Below are positions 12,740-25,595 of a DNA stretch of 56,765 nt, in pieces (positions within the stretch are counted from its first letter, which is position 1; each line of letters starts with the position of its first letter). Source of the stretch: Octopus bimaculoides (Eukaryota). Position numbers and translations under genes: made by a program. The DNA is taken from the NCBI RefSeq assembly GCF_001194135.2, contig NC_068982.1:85723155-85779919 (forward strand), read 5' to 3'. Below the pieces are notes generated by a model, which was not told where the DNA came from, did no database searches, and worked only from the letters and a program-made list of their open reading frames with translations.

Positions 12740-14105
12740 CATCATCATAATCATCATCGTTTAACATCTGCTTTCCATGCTAGCAAGGGTTGGACGATTT
12801 GACTGAGGACTGGTGAACCAGATGGCTACACCAGGCTCCAATCTGATTTGGCAGAATTTCTATGGCTGGATGCTATTCCTAATACCAACCACTCTGAGAG
12901 TGTAGTGGGTATTTTACATGCCACCGGCACGAAGGCCAGTCAGGCGGTACTGGCAATGGCCATGCTCAAAATGGTGTATTTTACATGCCACCTGCACAGG
13001 AGCCAGTCCAACGGCACTGGCAACAACCTCGCTCGAATGTCTTTTCATGTGCCACCGGCACAAGTACTGGGAAGGCGACGCTGGTAACGATCACACTCAA
13101 ATGGTGCTATTTACATGCCACTGGCACAGAAGCCAGACAGCTGCTCTGGCAATGATCACGTTCGGGCAGTGCTCTTAGCGCTCCACTGGTACAGGTGCCA
13201 TCATGATTTCGCTTTCACTTGCCCCAACAGGTCTTCGCAAGCCGAGTTCAGTGTCCAATGAAGGAGACATTGGCATGGGTGCCAGTCGTCGAATTTAGTT
13301 CGATTTCGATTTCACTTGCCTCAACAGGTCTTCACAAGTAGAGTTTAGTGTCCAATGAAGGAAAGGTACGCATAAGTGGGCTGGCTACACCCCTGGCAGA
13401 GGCCTTGGATTATCATCTCACTTGGCTTGCTGGGTCTTCTCACGCACAGCATATTTCCAAAGATCTCAGCCAGAAGTCATTGCCTCGGTGAGTCCTAATG
13501 TTTGAAGGTCGTGCTTCACAACCTGGGTCTTCCTGGGTCTACCTCATCCACAGGTTCCCTCAACCGCTAGGCTGTGGCACTTTTGCACGCAGCTATCCTC
13601 ATCCATTCTCGCCACATGTCCATACCAGCGCAATCGTCTCTCTTGCACACCACAGCTGATGCTTCTTATGTTCAACTTTTCTCTCAAGATACTTACACTC
13701 TGTCGGGTATGCACACTTACATTACTCATCCATCAGAGCATACTGGCTTCATTTCTTGCGAGCTTACGCATGTCCTCACAAGTCACAGCCCATATTTCAC
13801 TGCCATGTAGCATGGCTGTTCATACACATGCGTCATACAGTCTGCCTTTTACTCTGAGTGAGAGGCCCTGTGTCACCAGCAGAGGTAAGAGCTCTCTGAA
13901 CTTTGCCCAGGCTATTCTTATTCTAGCAGCTACACTTTCAGCGCACCCTCCCCCGCCACTAATTTGGTCACCTAGATAGCGGAAGCTATCAACTACGTCT
14001 GGTTTTTCTCCCTGGAATGTGGCAGAAGTTGTTTTCTTCTGTACATTTTCAGTGTTTATTGCTCCTGAACATCTACCACATACAAAAACTAACTTCCTAG
14101 TTAAC
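12740..14105 (-). mobile_element. RTE LINE, 5'-truncated
   Basis: (CAT)n tail at about 12738; 3' UTR and C-terminal ORF colinear with 46-1340; DSFRYLGDQISGGGGC, ERRLRWYGHVARM. Confidence 0.95.
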
Positions 14106-14824
14106 CATATATGTAATTTTATTCTATGTGAACGTTTGTTACACATATTCCGTCACCTATCTCTCTTTCCTTTTCTTTCCTTACACAAAGTATCCTTTCC
14201 CTCCCTGCTTACTTCCCTCTTTCTTTCGCTAGCTGTTATGTTTAGGGTTCTTCTTCTTTTCTTTTTCTTTCCCACTCCCTGCATTTAAGATACACTTCCT
14301 ATCTCTCTTGTCTGTTATAACTGACTTCTGTATGTATACACCAAGAGATTTATGCGCGCATTCATGGTTGCGTGCATATATGTATATGTGTATTTGTGTG
14401 TATATTTATGTCTAACGTATATATGCCTGTATTTGTATGTAACTATGTGCATGCATCTGTGTATTTTGATGTATATATGTATATTATAGATGGTCTAGTA
14501 TGAGTATATACTGTTGTAAAATATTTATGTAATACAGCGTGAAAATTTTAATTTTAATGTATTAATTGACTTATATTTTGTATATAATTATTTACAATAT
14601 GTATTTTGAATCTACTCTTCGATTTAAGGTTTTCGTCGATTTTACAATAGGATGAATTTATATTGAATTCATTTATTTTGTTCATTGCATGCTTAAGACT
14701 GTTAATTGAAAGGACCAATGAAACAAATCCATTTTTAAAGGTGTATCCTTTAACTAGTTTTGATTATATCGTTATTTCTGTTCCATTTTAACAAAAACTG
14801 TCCGATGAACATGAAACACCGAGT

Positions 14825-14915
14825 AACAGCTTTTGTTATATTTCTGCTACTTTGATATATATATACATACACATATACTTTATTTAAAAGCAGCAGAAAT
14901 ATAACAAAAGCTGTT
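14825..14915. repeat. Perfect 24-bp inverted repeat with 43-nt spacer
   Basis: AACAGCTTTTGTTATATTTCTGCT (14825-14848) and its exact reverse complement at 14892-14915. Confidence 0.95.
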
Positions 14916-14939
14916 CTCTCCTTGTTTCTTTTTATGTTC

Positions 14940-14975
14940 CTTTCTGTGGAAGAGCGTAGGCTCGAAACATTAAAG
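14940..14975 (+). ncRNA. Variant or degenerate minimal hammerhead ribozyme
   Basis: CTTT-CTGTGGA-A-GAGC(GTAG)GCTC-GAAA-CATT-AAAG: stems I and II pair perfectly; core differs from CUGANGA at one position; stem III reads ACAT instead of ACGT. Confidence 0.55.
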
Positions 14976-15088
14976 ACTTTTTCAATTCTCGAGCATTATA
15001 CTAATACATCTATTTGTTTTCTACACCNNNNNNNNNNNNNNNNNNNNNNNNNNNNNNNNNNNNNNNNNNNNNNNNNNNNNNNNNNNNN

Positions 15089-15178
<90 letters not shown>

Positions 15179-15284
15179 CACACACATACACACAATTGTC
15201 ACTAAGTGTGGCTAAGGATGCCAATGCACCTACATTGCTAGAAATAAGAGTTAAAATACTCATAATACTGTAAGAAGAGTGCAA

Positions 15285-16090
15285 GTATATACATACTGGC
15301 GTTGCCTGGGAATAAAATTGTTCTTTATATTTTAGAAAAAAAAAGCAAAATATGTTGTATAGAAATTTGTTATTCTAACTTTTATTTATTCTTCAATTGG
15401 ATACATGATGAAATCAATTCTGAATTCATAATACAAAAAAAAAAAGAATTAATAATAAAAATAAAAAACAAAAATACAAAATTTACCACTTTATGAAGGG
15501 AGATAAATTCTATGATATATGTTGAAGGAAATTACATAAGAGTTTCTGGGTAAACAACATTCTTCGCTTTCTGGTTTGGAGCATAGACAAATAAATCTTG
15601 CAAACTATCAATCCTGGAGCAGCCAACATAAAGTTGGTCATGAGAAAAGCAAGGCTTGATTAAGTGCAAACCAGTAAATTTCAAAGTCTGAACTTGAGCT
15701 TTATTAATGGACATTGCAAAGCAAAGTTGCACTGGGAATTGTGTTTGTTTGAACTCAAATGGCATGTCTGTTGGTTTGATTTGAATTTTTGGAATTAAAA
15801 CCTCTTTGCCAGAGATACACCCATGATGATGGTAGCTTCTATCACATTAGGTGGTAATGTCTTCACAATCAACCTTGTCCCATTGCATAATTTAGGAGGA
15901 TCTAAATTTCTTAGAAGCATTATTGAGACCCTTACCTTCAGAAAAAGCTTATGTGGAGGAGTTCCACGTGGCTCAAGAGAATTAAGGAACTCTGTTGAGT
16001 AATGGAGTGCTTGGTTTTCATCAAGGACTGAATCAACTGATTTTTACTTCTTAATGACTGTTGGAGTCTTATTCATTAATTTGTGGTTAA
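15285..16090 (-). mobile_element. Helitron 3' fragment (Pif1 helicase C-terminus)
   Basis: PTEFLNSLEPRGTPPHKL..LRNLDPPKLCNGTRL and PFEFKQTQFPVQLCFAMSINKAQ..PCFSHDQLYVGCSR..KNVVYPE; degenerate terminal motif CCCAGGCAACGCCAG near 15295-15310. Confidence 0.88.
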
Positions 16091-16139
16091 TCCTTGCTAC
16101 TGTGTTATTTTTTGGAGCAAGAATTGCCCTTTCACAGAA

Positions 16140-16690
16140 CCATTTATGTGAATTATAATTATTACTTCAGTCTGGAAATAGCACACCTTTTCAGAAAAAC
16201 GTTAAGTAAGGCTAATCTACAAATTAAAGTGGTAGAGAGGCCTGGTGGCCCTTTAAAATCCCTGATCTGCAATACTTGTCCCTTTGATAAGTCCCCCTGT
16301 ACGGAGTACAGTTGTGTTGTATGTAGGATGAACCCACAGGCTAAGAATGTAATATATAGCTTACGATGTACTGAGGGATGGTGCAGAAATATGACAACTA
16401 CCTACATTGAAGAGACTGCATGCAGCATAGGAGAGTGTATATGTGAACATTGGTGAGAGCTCAAAGATGAGAAAAGCATGTCTGCTCTGCCAACAGGCTT
16501 TTATGAAGTTGATAAGAAGGGTATTGAGAAAGAGATCATGGAACAAAACTGTTCCATGAAAACGCTTGATACCAAACATGATGTTTATGGTAAAAAAAGC
16601 TTGCATTTCCACAGTATTGGTTGGATTCTATACTGGATTGGGTCTTCCACAAACAGAAATCATTTGTTAGGCATATTTGTTTGTTTCCTC
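16140..16690 (+). mobile_element. Penelope-like element GIY-YIG fragment
   Basis: IKVVERPGGPLKSLI..CPF..C...C..C..KNVIYSLRC..C..TYIEETACSIGE..EH; ends at the RTE tail. Confidence 0.8.
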
Positions 16691-18940
16691 TGCAACATCA
16701 TCATCATCATCATCATTATTTAATGTTCATTGTCCATGCTGGCATGGGTTGGACGGTTTAATTGGGCTGGCATGCTGGAAAGCTGTACCAGACTCCAGTC
16801 TTATTTGGCATGGTTTTCTACAGCTGGATACCCTTTCTATTGCCAACCACTCCAAGAGTGTAATGGGTGCTTTTCATGTCACTGGTACAGGTGCTGTTTG
16901 CATGACACCGGGGTGCGTCTACGTGCCATCAGCATGGGTGCCAATTTGTGTGACACCAGTATCTGCCATGACTGTGATTTTGCTCGGCTTGATGGGTCTT
17001 CTCAAGCACGACATAATGTCAAAGATCTTGGTCATTGCTTCCTTGAGACCCAAAACGCGAAAGAAACTCATCCTCTTTGCCTCCATGGTGCCCAGTGCTC
17101 AAAACAAACTCATCCACTTTTCCTCCATGGGGACTACCACTCAAAAGGAACTCAGCCACTTTGCCTCCAGGAGGCCCTACATTCAAAAAAATGTTCTTTA
17201 TGTGCCACCAGCATGGGTGCACATGGCTTGACAGGTCCTCTCAAGTACAGCACATCACCAAAGCTCTCAGTCACCAGTCATTGCCTCTGTAAGGCTCAAA
17301 GTTCAAAGATCATGCTTCACCACCTCATCCTATGTCTTCCTGGGTCTACTTTTGCCACAGGATACCTCCATAGTTAGAGATCAGCAGCTTCTTTACAAAA
17401 CTGTCCTCGTCCATATGCATCACATGACCATATCAGTGCAGTCGTCTCTCATGCACACCACATCTGATTCCTCTTATGCCTGACTTTTCTCTCAAGATGC
17501 TTACACTGTTGAACATGCACACTGACATTGCACATACAGCAAAGCATACTGGCTTCATTTCTTTCAAGCCTACGCATGTCCTTGGCTGTCATAGCCCATG
17601 TTTCACTGCCATGTAGCAGGCATCAAGCAATCTACCTTTCACTCTGAGAGAGAGGACATTTGTTGCCAGCAGGGGTAGGAGCTCTCTTAACTTTGCCCAC
17701 CCTAATCTTATTCTCACAGCTATGCTCTCAGAGCATTCACCTCCACTATAACTTGGTCACCTAAATAACAGAACCTATTTATTACCTCTAGCTTTCCCAC
17801 ATGGCAGTTGATGGAGTTTATTTTCTGTACATTTTCAACATTTTTTGTACCTGTGCACCATCCACATGCAAAAGTTAGTTTCCCTGTTAATCTTCCTCTG
17901 ATGTTGCTGCACCTTTTATGTGTCCAAAGCTTACATCGGGTTCATCTTATGAAGTTTCTACCTACACCTTTTCTACAGATTGAGCAGGGCCATCTACCTG
18001 AAGGGATTTGTGATTTGTCTGCCTTCCTACTTACTAAGACTTTGGTTTTTGCTACGTTAACTCTAAGGCCCTTTGATTCTTGACCTTACTTCCATACCTG
18101 GAACTTCTTCTCTAGTTCAGTCAGTAATTCAGCTATAAGAGCAAAGTCATCAGCATAGAGGAGCTCCCATGGGCAGCCTGTCTTAAATTTGTTATTCCTG
18201 GAGGACTGTGATGAACAAGAGGGGGCTGAGCACCAATTCTTAGTGAACCTCTACTTGTACCCTGAATTTTTCACTGTACTCATTGCTAACCTTCACCTTA
18301 CTAGTAGCATCCTTGTACAAGGCTTTTACGATTCTCACCAACCACTCGTCTATTCCTAGTTTCTGCATTGGCCACCTGATAAGGGATTGGGGGACCCTGT
18401 TAAAAGCTTTCTCCAAGTCAACAAAAGTCAAGTACAGAGGTTTATCTTTGGCTAGGTATCTCCTGCAGTGGCCTTACCAGAAACATAGCATCAGTGGTGA
18501 TTCTACCTGGCACAAAACCAAACTGCATCTCATCTAGACTGACTCTCTCCCTAATTAGTTGGCCTGTTACTCTCTCCGTAACCATCATCACCCAATCCAA
18601 CAGTTTGATACCTCTGTAATTATTTCTACGTAAGGCATCACCTTTACCTTTGTAGCAGTTGACTATGGTGCTGCTACACCAGTTATTGAGTATGACTTCA
18701 TGAACTACCTGATTTACAATATGGGTGACTAGATCATAACCCACACCTCCAGATATTTTAAGCATCTCAGCAGTGATTCCTCTAGGGCTGGGGGCTTTCC
18801 GTGTCTTCATATCCTTAATTGCTTTATCTACCAGGGTACTGTCAGTTTGGGTAGCTGGTCCCTCAATTGGGTCAACATCTGGCAGACTCTTCTCTTCCCA
18901 TTCATTCTCTACGCTCAGCTGTTTTTTATAATGGAATCTC
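16690..18940 (-). mobile_element. RTE LINE, 5'-truncated, decayed
   Basis: (CAT)n tail 16697-16715; RT motifs FVDLEKAFNRVP, LLYADD (17950-18430), NYRGIKLL, QFGFVPGRITTDA. Confidence 0.93.
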
Positions 18941-19480
18941 CAGAAAGTTTCTGGTAAAAATGAAAATAAATAGTAGAATGGTTGTGCATTGAGAGGTAGA
19001 TTGTGTTGTGGACCAGTCTTTTCTGTGAAATCTGGAATTGTTGTTGACGTAATTTTCAACCACATTGCTGTGATGTTTTGAATATTGTCATTTTCATCAC
19101 TCTCACTATCAAAATCTTCCTCATCTGACAAAAATTCATTAACATTAATATCAGATTTGTCTGATGACAAGTCACTATTGTTTTCTTTTACATTTTGTAT
19201 ACTATCAAGTGCAAAACCTTCAAAGTCAGAATTGCTACTTGCCGACGCCATATTGATAAATATCAATATATACACTTCACTTCAAATGTTGAAAAAAACC
19301 ATGTGCTCTCAAAACTTTCATGGTATTTATAATAGAATATATTTGGGAAAGGCTTTTTATTTTGCATTATCTCAAAGCTACAAGAATTCAATAACATGAT
19401 TTGGTTATTTTGTTTTAGCAGTTTTGTAGAGAAGCCAATTATAGCTGGATTTGGCTGCTTCAAACAAATAAAGGAGAAAT
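18940..19480 (-). mobile_element. Probable piggyBac-like transposase N-terminal fragment
   Basis: ATG at 19251; acidic MASASSNSDFEGF..SDEEDFDSESDE followed by W..DFTEKTGPQHNLP..QPFYYLFSFLP, a pattern typical of piggyBac/PGBD N-termini; no TTAA terminus confirmed. Confidence 0.55.
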
Positions 19481-19807
19481 AATTTAAGCTAGATTTGGCC
19501 TAATTGACCCTCTGCTATCAATGTTCTTATTGTTGTTTTTGTCTTTCTTTTTTTCTCCAGTTGCACCTAATTGAGTTTAAAGGAGATGTGACATTGTTTG
19601 TACATCCATATGATTTTTCTGTCTGTCCCCTACTATATCGTGAAACATGTGAAGTTGTGGCTAATTTGCATAATGGGAAAATATATATTTATAGCTTTTA
19701 ACATCTGTTACTGTATTTATTGCAGAAATATCAAAAATTACATATACCATCACTGGAATGGTCTATGATATGGCTATATACGTATACGCACACACAGAGA
19801 CACACAT

Positions 19808-20090
19808 GTGAGGATGCATGACCTAATGGTTAGGGTGTTGCACTCATTATTGCAGAATCATAGTTTCAATTCTTAGACTGGGATGTGCATTGTGTTCTTT
19901 AGCAAAACACTTAATCTCATGTTGCTGTGATCACTTCGACATCTAATGTGTGGTACACCATGCACCTGTTCAGGCAACATTAATTTGATGGAGAGAGTAA
20001 GATTATGTACAGCACATACATTTGATCTCTATAAACAAATCATTTGTGCAGGTTGTTCAGCAAAAGCTGAATGGTCATGTCATCTTTGGT
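19808..20090 (+). mobile_element. tRNA-derived SINE (a second family)
   Basis: A-box-like TGACCTAATGG, B-box-like GTTTCAATTC, followed by TTGTGTTCTTTAGCAAAACACTT, the common post-tRNA SINE segment. Confidence 0.7.
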
Positions 20091-20120
20091 GGGAGAGTCC
20101 ATGATGATGATGGTCATCAT

Positions 20121-20159
<39 letters not shown>

Positions 20160-20169
20160 CATATACAAT

Positions 20170-20720
20170 ATATACACCCACAGTGCTTCCAGAAGTCAGT
20201 TTCACCGCAATTTGTGGGTCCTTTCAAGACATTGTATCACCAGACATCCTGGTCTTTTTCATCTCTTCTGTGTGTTTGGGATCCTTTGCCACTTCATCCT
20301 ATGTTTTTCTATCTCTTCCTCATCCATATACTCCAGCCACATTTAGTGATCAGTACTTCATTATACAACCCTCCTCATCAATGCACATCATGTATCCATA
20401 CCAGCACAGTCTTCTTTCTTGTACACTACAGCTGCTTCCTCTTATGCCTACTTTTTCTCTCAACACATTCATACAATGTTGTTCATGCATACTTACATTG
20501 CACATCCAACAGAGCGTGTTCACTTCATTTCTTACCAGTCTTCTCATGTCCTGCATGTTCAATGTCCATGTCTCACTACCATATAGCATTGCATTTCTAA
20601 CACAAGCATCATCATAGTATGTTACCAGCAGTAGTATTAGCCCCCTGAACTTTCTCCAACCTGTTCTTACTCTGGCTACTATACTTTCAGAGCAATCCCC
20701 TCCTTTGCTGATAACATCAA
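20170..20720 (-). mobile_element. Old RTE C-terminal fragment
   Basis: MLYGSETWTL..CWMCNVS..QERRLCWYGY in ORF 20350-20832. Confidence 0.85.
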
Positions 20721-20779
20721 CTACTACAAAAAATACAGTGAGTTGATTGAACTCAGTGAAAACAATGGATGAGAGGCAA

Positions 20780-21170
20780 TATGCTTTCCTGTGGAGATCA
20801 GTGTTAGAGGGTTTAGTGGAGTCAGGGTTCATTCAATGGTCACGAGTCTTGGACTAGTTGCAAAGGAGAGAAAAGTTGTTGCCATAAAATTGTCAGAGGT
20901 CACTGAGAAAGTAAGCCATTACATCTGGATCAAGAGACAGGATGAGTGATGCAGTAAGAACGGGCATTGAAGTTGGTAGAAATATTTGACCCAGTCACAA
21001 CATCTGTCTCAACAAAGCTCATTCTGTTGTGCAGCAGTTATGTTACCTCTATCAATGAATGGTTCCAGGCAAGCTCTGGTGTCATGGTGGAAGGGACCAA
21101 AACACCTACATCAACTCTTGAATTGAGAGACAGAATACAGTAGCACCCTCAGCACCCAAGTGTTTATCCT
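20780..21170 (-). mobile_element. Possible highly decayed LINE (CR1/L2-like) AP-endonuclease fragment
   Basis: Minus strand contains NFNARS..HP, reminiscent of the GDFNA.HP motif; many disruptions. Confidence 0.35.
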
Positions 21171-21179
21171 AAATCATAA

Positions 21180-22830
21180 TCATCACTGTCGTTAGCATTG
21201 TTTCTATGGCCGGATCCCTTTCCTAATGCCAACCACTTTACAGAATGTGTGGGGTGATTTTACATGGTACCGGTGCAGGACTTTAGCAGGCCAATCCTCT
21301 TCACCAGGGAGAGTGGCCTTAATACTTCTGTCGTGGAGTATGAGTCTTCTTGAGTGCAGCACGGCACCAGGCATCTCATCTGAAAGGTTCAGCTTCTTGA
21401 GGTTGCCTTCAGTACTTCATCCCATGTCTTCCTGGGTCTCCCTCTTCCATGTGTTCCATCTGCTTTGAGAGATCAGCACTTCTTTATGGAGCTATTGGCA
21501 TCCATCAGTATCACATGACCAAACCAGCACACTGCATCTAATTCCTCTTAAGTCTAACTTCTCACTCATTACACTAGCACTCTGTCAAACATGTACACTT
21601 ACATTACACATCCAGTGAAGCATACTAGCCTCATTACTCTCTAACCTTCACATGTCCTCTGCATTCAGGGCCCACGTCTCACTACCATGTAGAATTGCTG
21701 TCTGTATACATGCATCATAGTCTTCTTCTTGAAGATAGAAACCTTCCAAGCTCTCCGAATTTCCTCCATCTTATTCTTATTCTAGTTATTACACACTCTG
21801 TCCATCTTCCCCCACTACTAATTTGAACTCCTAGGTAGCAGAAATTATCTACTACCTCTAATGAGCCACCAGTGCATCTGAGAGAATACATTTCTGAGTC
21901 TCTATAGTTTTTATGGATCCTGTGCATCATCTACATACAAGCACTACTTTCTCTGATAACTTCGTATTATTCTACTGCACTTGTGTGTCCATAGCTTACA
22001 CTGGGTACACCATATGGAGTTCCTGCCTACACCTTTCCTACAAAGCGAGCAGGGCCACCTACCTGAAGAGGGTAAGGTTCTGTCTGTTTTCTTGCATGCT
22101 AAAACCTTAGCCTTTGCTAAGTTAACCTTAAGGCTCTTAGATTCCAGGTTTTGCTTCCACACCTGGAATTTCTCTTCTATCTCTAACATGGAATCTGCTA
22201 TGAAGGCAAGATCATCAACATATAATAGTTCCCAGGGGCTGCCAGTCTTGAACTCCTCTGTTGTGGCCTGGAAGACAGTAATGAAAAGGAGTGGACTGTG
22301 CTTTGATGAACACCTACCTGTACACGAAATTCTTTGCTGTACTCATTGTTAACTCTCACTTACTGACAGCATCTCTGTACATAGCCTGTACAGCTTCACC
22401 AGTCACTTGTCTATCCCTAGCCTCCTCAGAACCCACCATATCACACAACAGGGTACTCTATTGAAGGGCTTTCTCTATATCAATGGATGCCAAGGATAAT
22501 AGTTTATTCTTAGTTAAGTACACCTCTTGTAGTTGCCTGACTATGAAAATAGCATCAGTAGAACTTGTCCCCAGGATGAAGCTGAACTGCATTTCATCTA
22601 GCCTAATTCTGCTCCTAATTAATTGGTCTATAACTCTTCATAACTTTCATTGCCTGGTCCAGATGTTTGATGCTTCTATAATTGTTTCTATCTAAAGCAT
22701 CTCCCTTACTCCTGTAACAGCTAACAATAATGCTGCTATGAGTCACCAGGACCAGCCTTGAGTCAATTGGACTGATTGCTCTTGATTGGGTCCCACACTC
22801 AAGGAGGCCACATCTTATACTGCAACATTT
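21180..22830 (-). mobile_element. Old RTE LINE copy
   Basis: Tail CCTTTCCTAATGCCAACCAC at about 21217; EVVDNFCYLG, WKQNLESKSLKVNLAKAKV, NNYRSIKHLD motifs. Confidence 0.88.
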
Positions 22831-23843
22831 CATGAAGGTGGTCGACCTGAAGTTTTAAAAAAATCTACAAAACTTTCTATACTTTAGCAACACAAGATAC
22901 TAAAAGATAGACCCATTCATCCAAAATTGCTTGGGTCAGTCTTGCTTGTATTTTTAGTGTAAGGATCAATTTTATGTATGCATGTGTGTATGGGAATGTT
23001 TGGAAGTGTTTATGGGCATGCTTAGGTAGAATATTTGTGTGTGTGTGAGAGTATGTATATGATTGTTTAAGTGTATAGTGAATTGTATGTATATATGTGT
23101 GTGTATGTTTGTGTGTGAGTTGCTATAAATAAACTTTGTATATGTTTAATTTTGGGGAAACTTTTTTATTGCTATAAAGTACGTCAATGTCCACCTGACT
23201 TTGCCTCACCCTTGTTACATTTTAATCGTTATGCATTCTAAATACGTTAACACATGCACATTGGACTTTAGTAGTATACAAAATAATATTCATTGCACAA
23301 TATAATTTTTAGTGATGAAAATAGACTAATATTTCTCAAAATTTCACTTTAATCAAGGACACTCGGAAGCCCAAAATAGTAGATGGTAGTCAGTAGTACT
23401 TGAACATCAAAAACTTCTTGATCTCCAAGTGACTGAAACTGGAAAATCAGTGATAAAAAACCTCTGCATTTGAATTTTTCAATGAAAAAAACATTTTTGC
23501 ACAGTATGTAACAATAATTGAGATGACTGAGCATCAATATTCATTCATGATTTGTAGAAGGTTCATTGTTTGAAGGTGTACTTGATCTTCACTATATGTA
23601 CAGCATTCAATCATTGTGTAAGATGGCTGTCAAGTGTGAATAGTTAGTTTTTGTGGTGGTCCAGGGTCACCAGGTTTTGTTTGAAGGTTTAAGGTTTCTC
23701 TTGGTTTTACTGAAGAGTGCTGTAAGTACAAACACAAATCACATATGCATTTCCATATCTACACATATACATGCTCCCTGTTTATACAAGTCACTCAAAC
23801 TAAACAAACACTGATCACACAGTATGTAAATTACTTAAATTAA

Positions 23844-23877
<34 letters not shown>

Positions 23878-25391
23878 TTGGTGTTGAGAATGATGATGAA
23901 GATTATTCTCCATTGCTACCTTCAATCTTTTGCAAAAAGCTGCAATGGTTAGCTTAAATCCTGAGGTGAGAGCTGCAAGCACAGAGGTCGGCATGAAAGT
24001 AAATAACAGTTTAAAAAAGAACTGACGTCATGTTTATGAATGTCAGTGCTTATACAATGCTTTTATATTATATACTTTTTGTAATTTTTGTTCATTTTCT
24101 TTCCTTCTTCCCCCCCCCATTTCTCTGGGGTTTTTTCCCTCTTTCTGTTCCTTTTTGTGTCTTTGTATTTACTTATTTCTTTACTTTTTCTGCAGTTTAA
24201 TTTTGGTACACCTCAAATTCTTCAGTTTCATTTTACCTCTTTGATGTTTTACTGCCCCCATTTTTCTATTATTGCACTTCTGCTACATGATGGCCTAGCT
24301 AGACTTGACTTTGCATTAGCTGTCTGTTTAAGGAGAGGAAAAACAAAGTAAAATTAAGAAGTTTTGCGACAATTAACCAGGAGATTAGCATGGTTAAATA
24401 ATTTCGTCATACCCTACCAATCTTCGTCCTCTCACTCCCCACCTCCTCCATCATATTCTAGGGAAGTTAACTCATATCCCCCTTCCACCATCAGATTCGG
24501 TGGGTATTAGTCCTGCTCATCCCTTTATTCACCTCACAACTCCTGTAATAGCCAGCCTACCACCGTCGCCTCCTGCCAAACCCCATCGCCAGTATTAATG
24601 CTCTTCATCCAGCTCCCCTCTCTACCTCCATCGCTAACCTTCCCCCACCTCCCCTTATTTACCCCACCACTCCTGCACCCCGACTGAATCTCACCACCAG
24701 AGTTAATGTTGTTCACTCAGCTACCCCCTCTACGTCCAGCACCATTTCCCCACCCTCCCCATCTAATGTTGACCCCACTGATACTGCCATTTCACCTCCA
24801 AGCTGTACTCTCTGCACCTGGACAAGTCGTTGCTATTTGAAGACCATCAAATGCCATTTGTGTAGTCAAAGTTACTGCAGGAGCTGCATCGGCATTACAT
24901 TCAAGCTGAAAATTTTTATAATTGGATATGCAACCAGTATCGTTTCAGCTCTGACATCCTTAGTAGGACAAAACCTTGCTCTGAAGTCCAGTTGAAATCT
25001 TGTTGAAGATTTTGCTACCACCTTCCAGGCTTTGTTCAAGCTGAAGTTTGTCAATCGGATCCCTAAGGGTGCTCAAACTTGTTTCGCATGTGTTCTCTCG
25101 AAACTGCTGAAAAAAGTTTGCCTATCTAACAACACCTCCGATTGGCAGAAACTGTTCCTGTTCCCTTTGATCTCCCTCCACGTAATGAATGGGAATAGTG
25201 GATTCCTCACTTCTTCCCTGAAATGGCAGTTTGAGCTGTTCAAATCTACCCCAACCACTGTTCATCCCAGGCTGGTCATCAGCTCAACCCCAAACAATGG
25301 TCGACCACCAAACATCCCTGTGGGATGAAGTTAAAATAATAGACAAAGAACACCACTGGAAAATACGAAAATTCACTCCATAATTGCCCAC

Positions 25392-25465
25392 GGGCATATG
25401 GCATAGTGGTTAAGAGCGCGGGCTACTAACCCCAAGATTCCGAGTTTGATTCCAAGCAGTGACCT
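25392..25465 (+). promoter_or_regulatory. tRNA-like segment (Pol III A and B boxes) inside the 5' terminal repeat
   Basis: TGGCATAGTGG (A box), anticodon-arm-like GCGGG-CTACTAA-CCCCA, B box GTTTGATTCC; followed by (AAT)n. Confidence 0.75.
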
Positions 25466-25550
25466 AAACAATAATGATAATAAAAATAATAATAATAACA
25501 ACATCAAAAAATACCTTAGGAATCAGAACCCAAGTTCGAAATTTCCCCAA

Positions 25551-25595
25551 GATACCTGAAGAAGGCTGGAAGGTATATCAGCCGAAACATTGTGT
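25551..25595 (+). ncRNA. Minimal hammerhead ribozyme, degenerate, in the 5' terminal repeat
   Basis: GATAC-CTGAAGA-A-GGCTGG..TCAGCC-GAAA-CATT-GTGTT; stem II intact; stems I and III each carry one substitution. Confidence 0.65.

Noticed and set aside
19561-19701. Strong acceptor TTTCTTTTTTCTCCAG followed by an open frame
   Set aside because: Peptide has no resemblance to Rabin8 and no good donor.
23630-23720. Minus-strand LQTKPGDPGPPQKLTI, FN3-junction-like, after an acceptor-like site
   Set aside because: Stop follows within three codons; single short motif.
25392-25465. Functional tRNA gene
   Set aside because: Acceptor and T stems do not close properly and both copies sit inside a retroelement repeat; treated as tRNA-derived.
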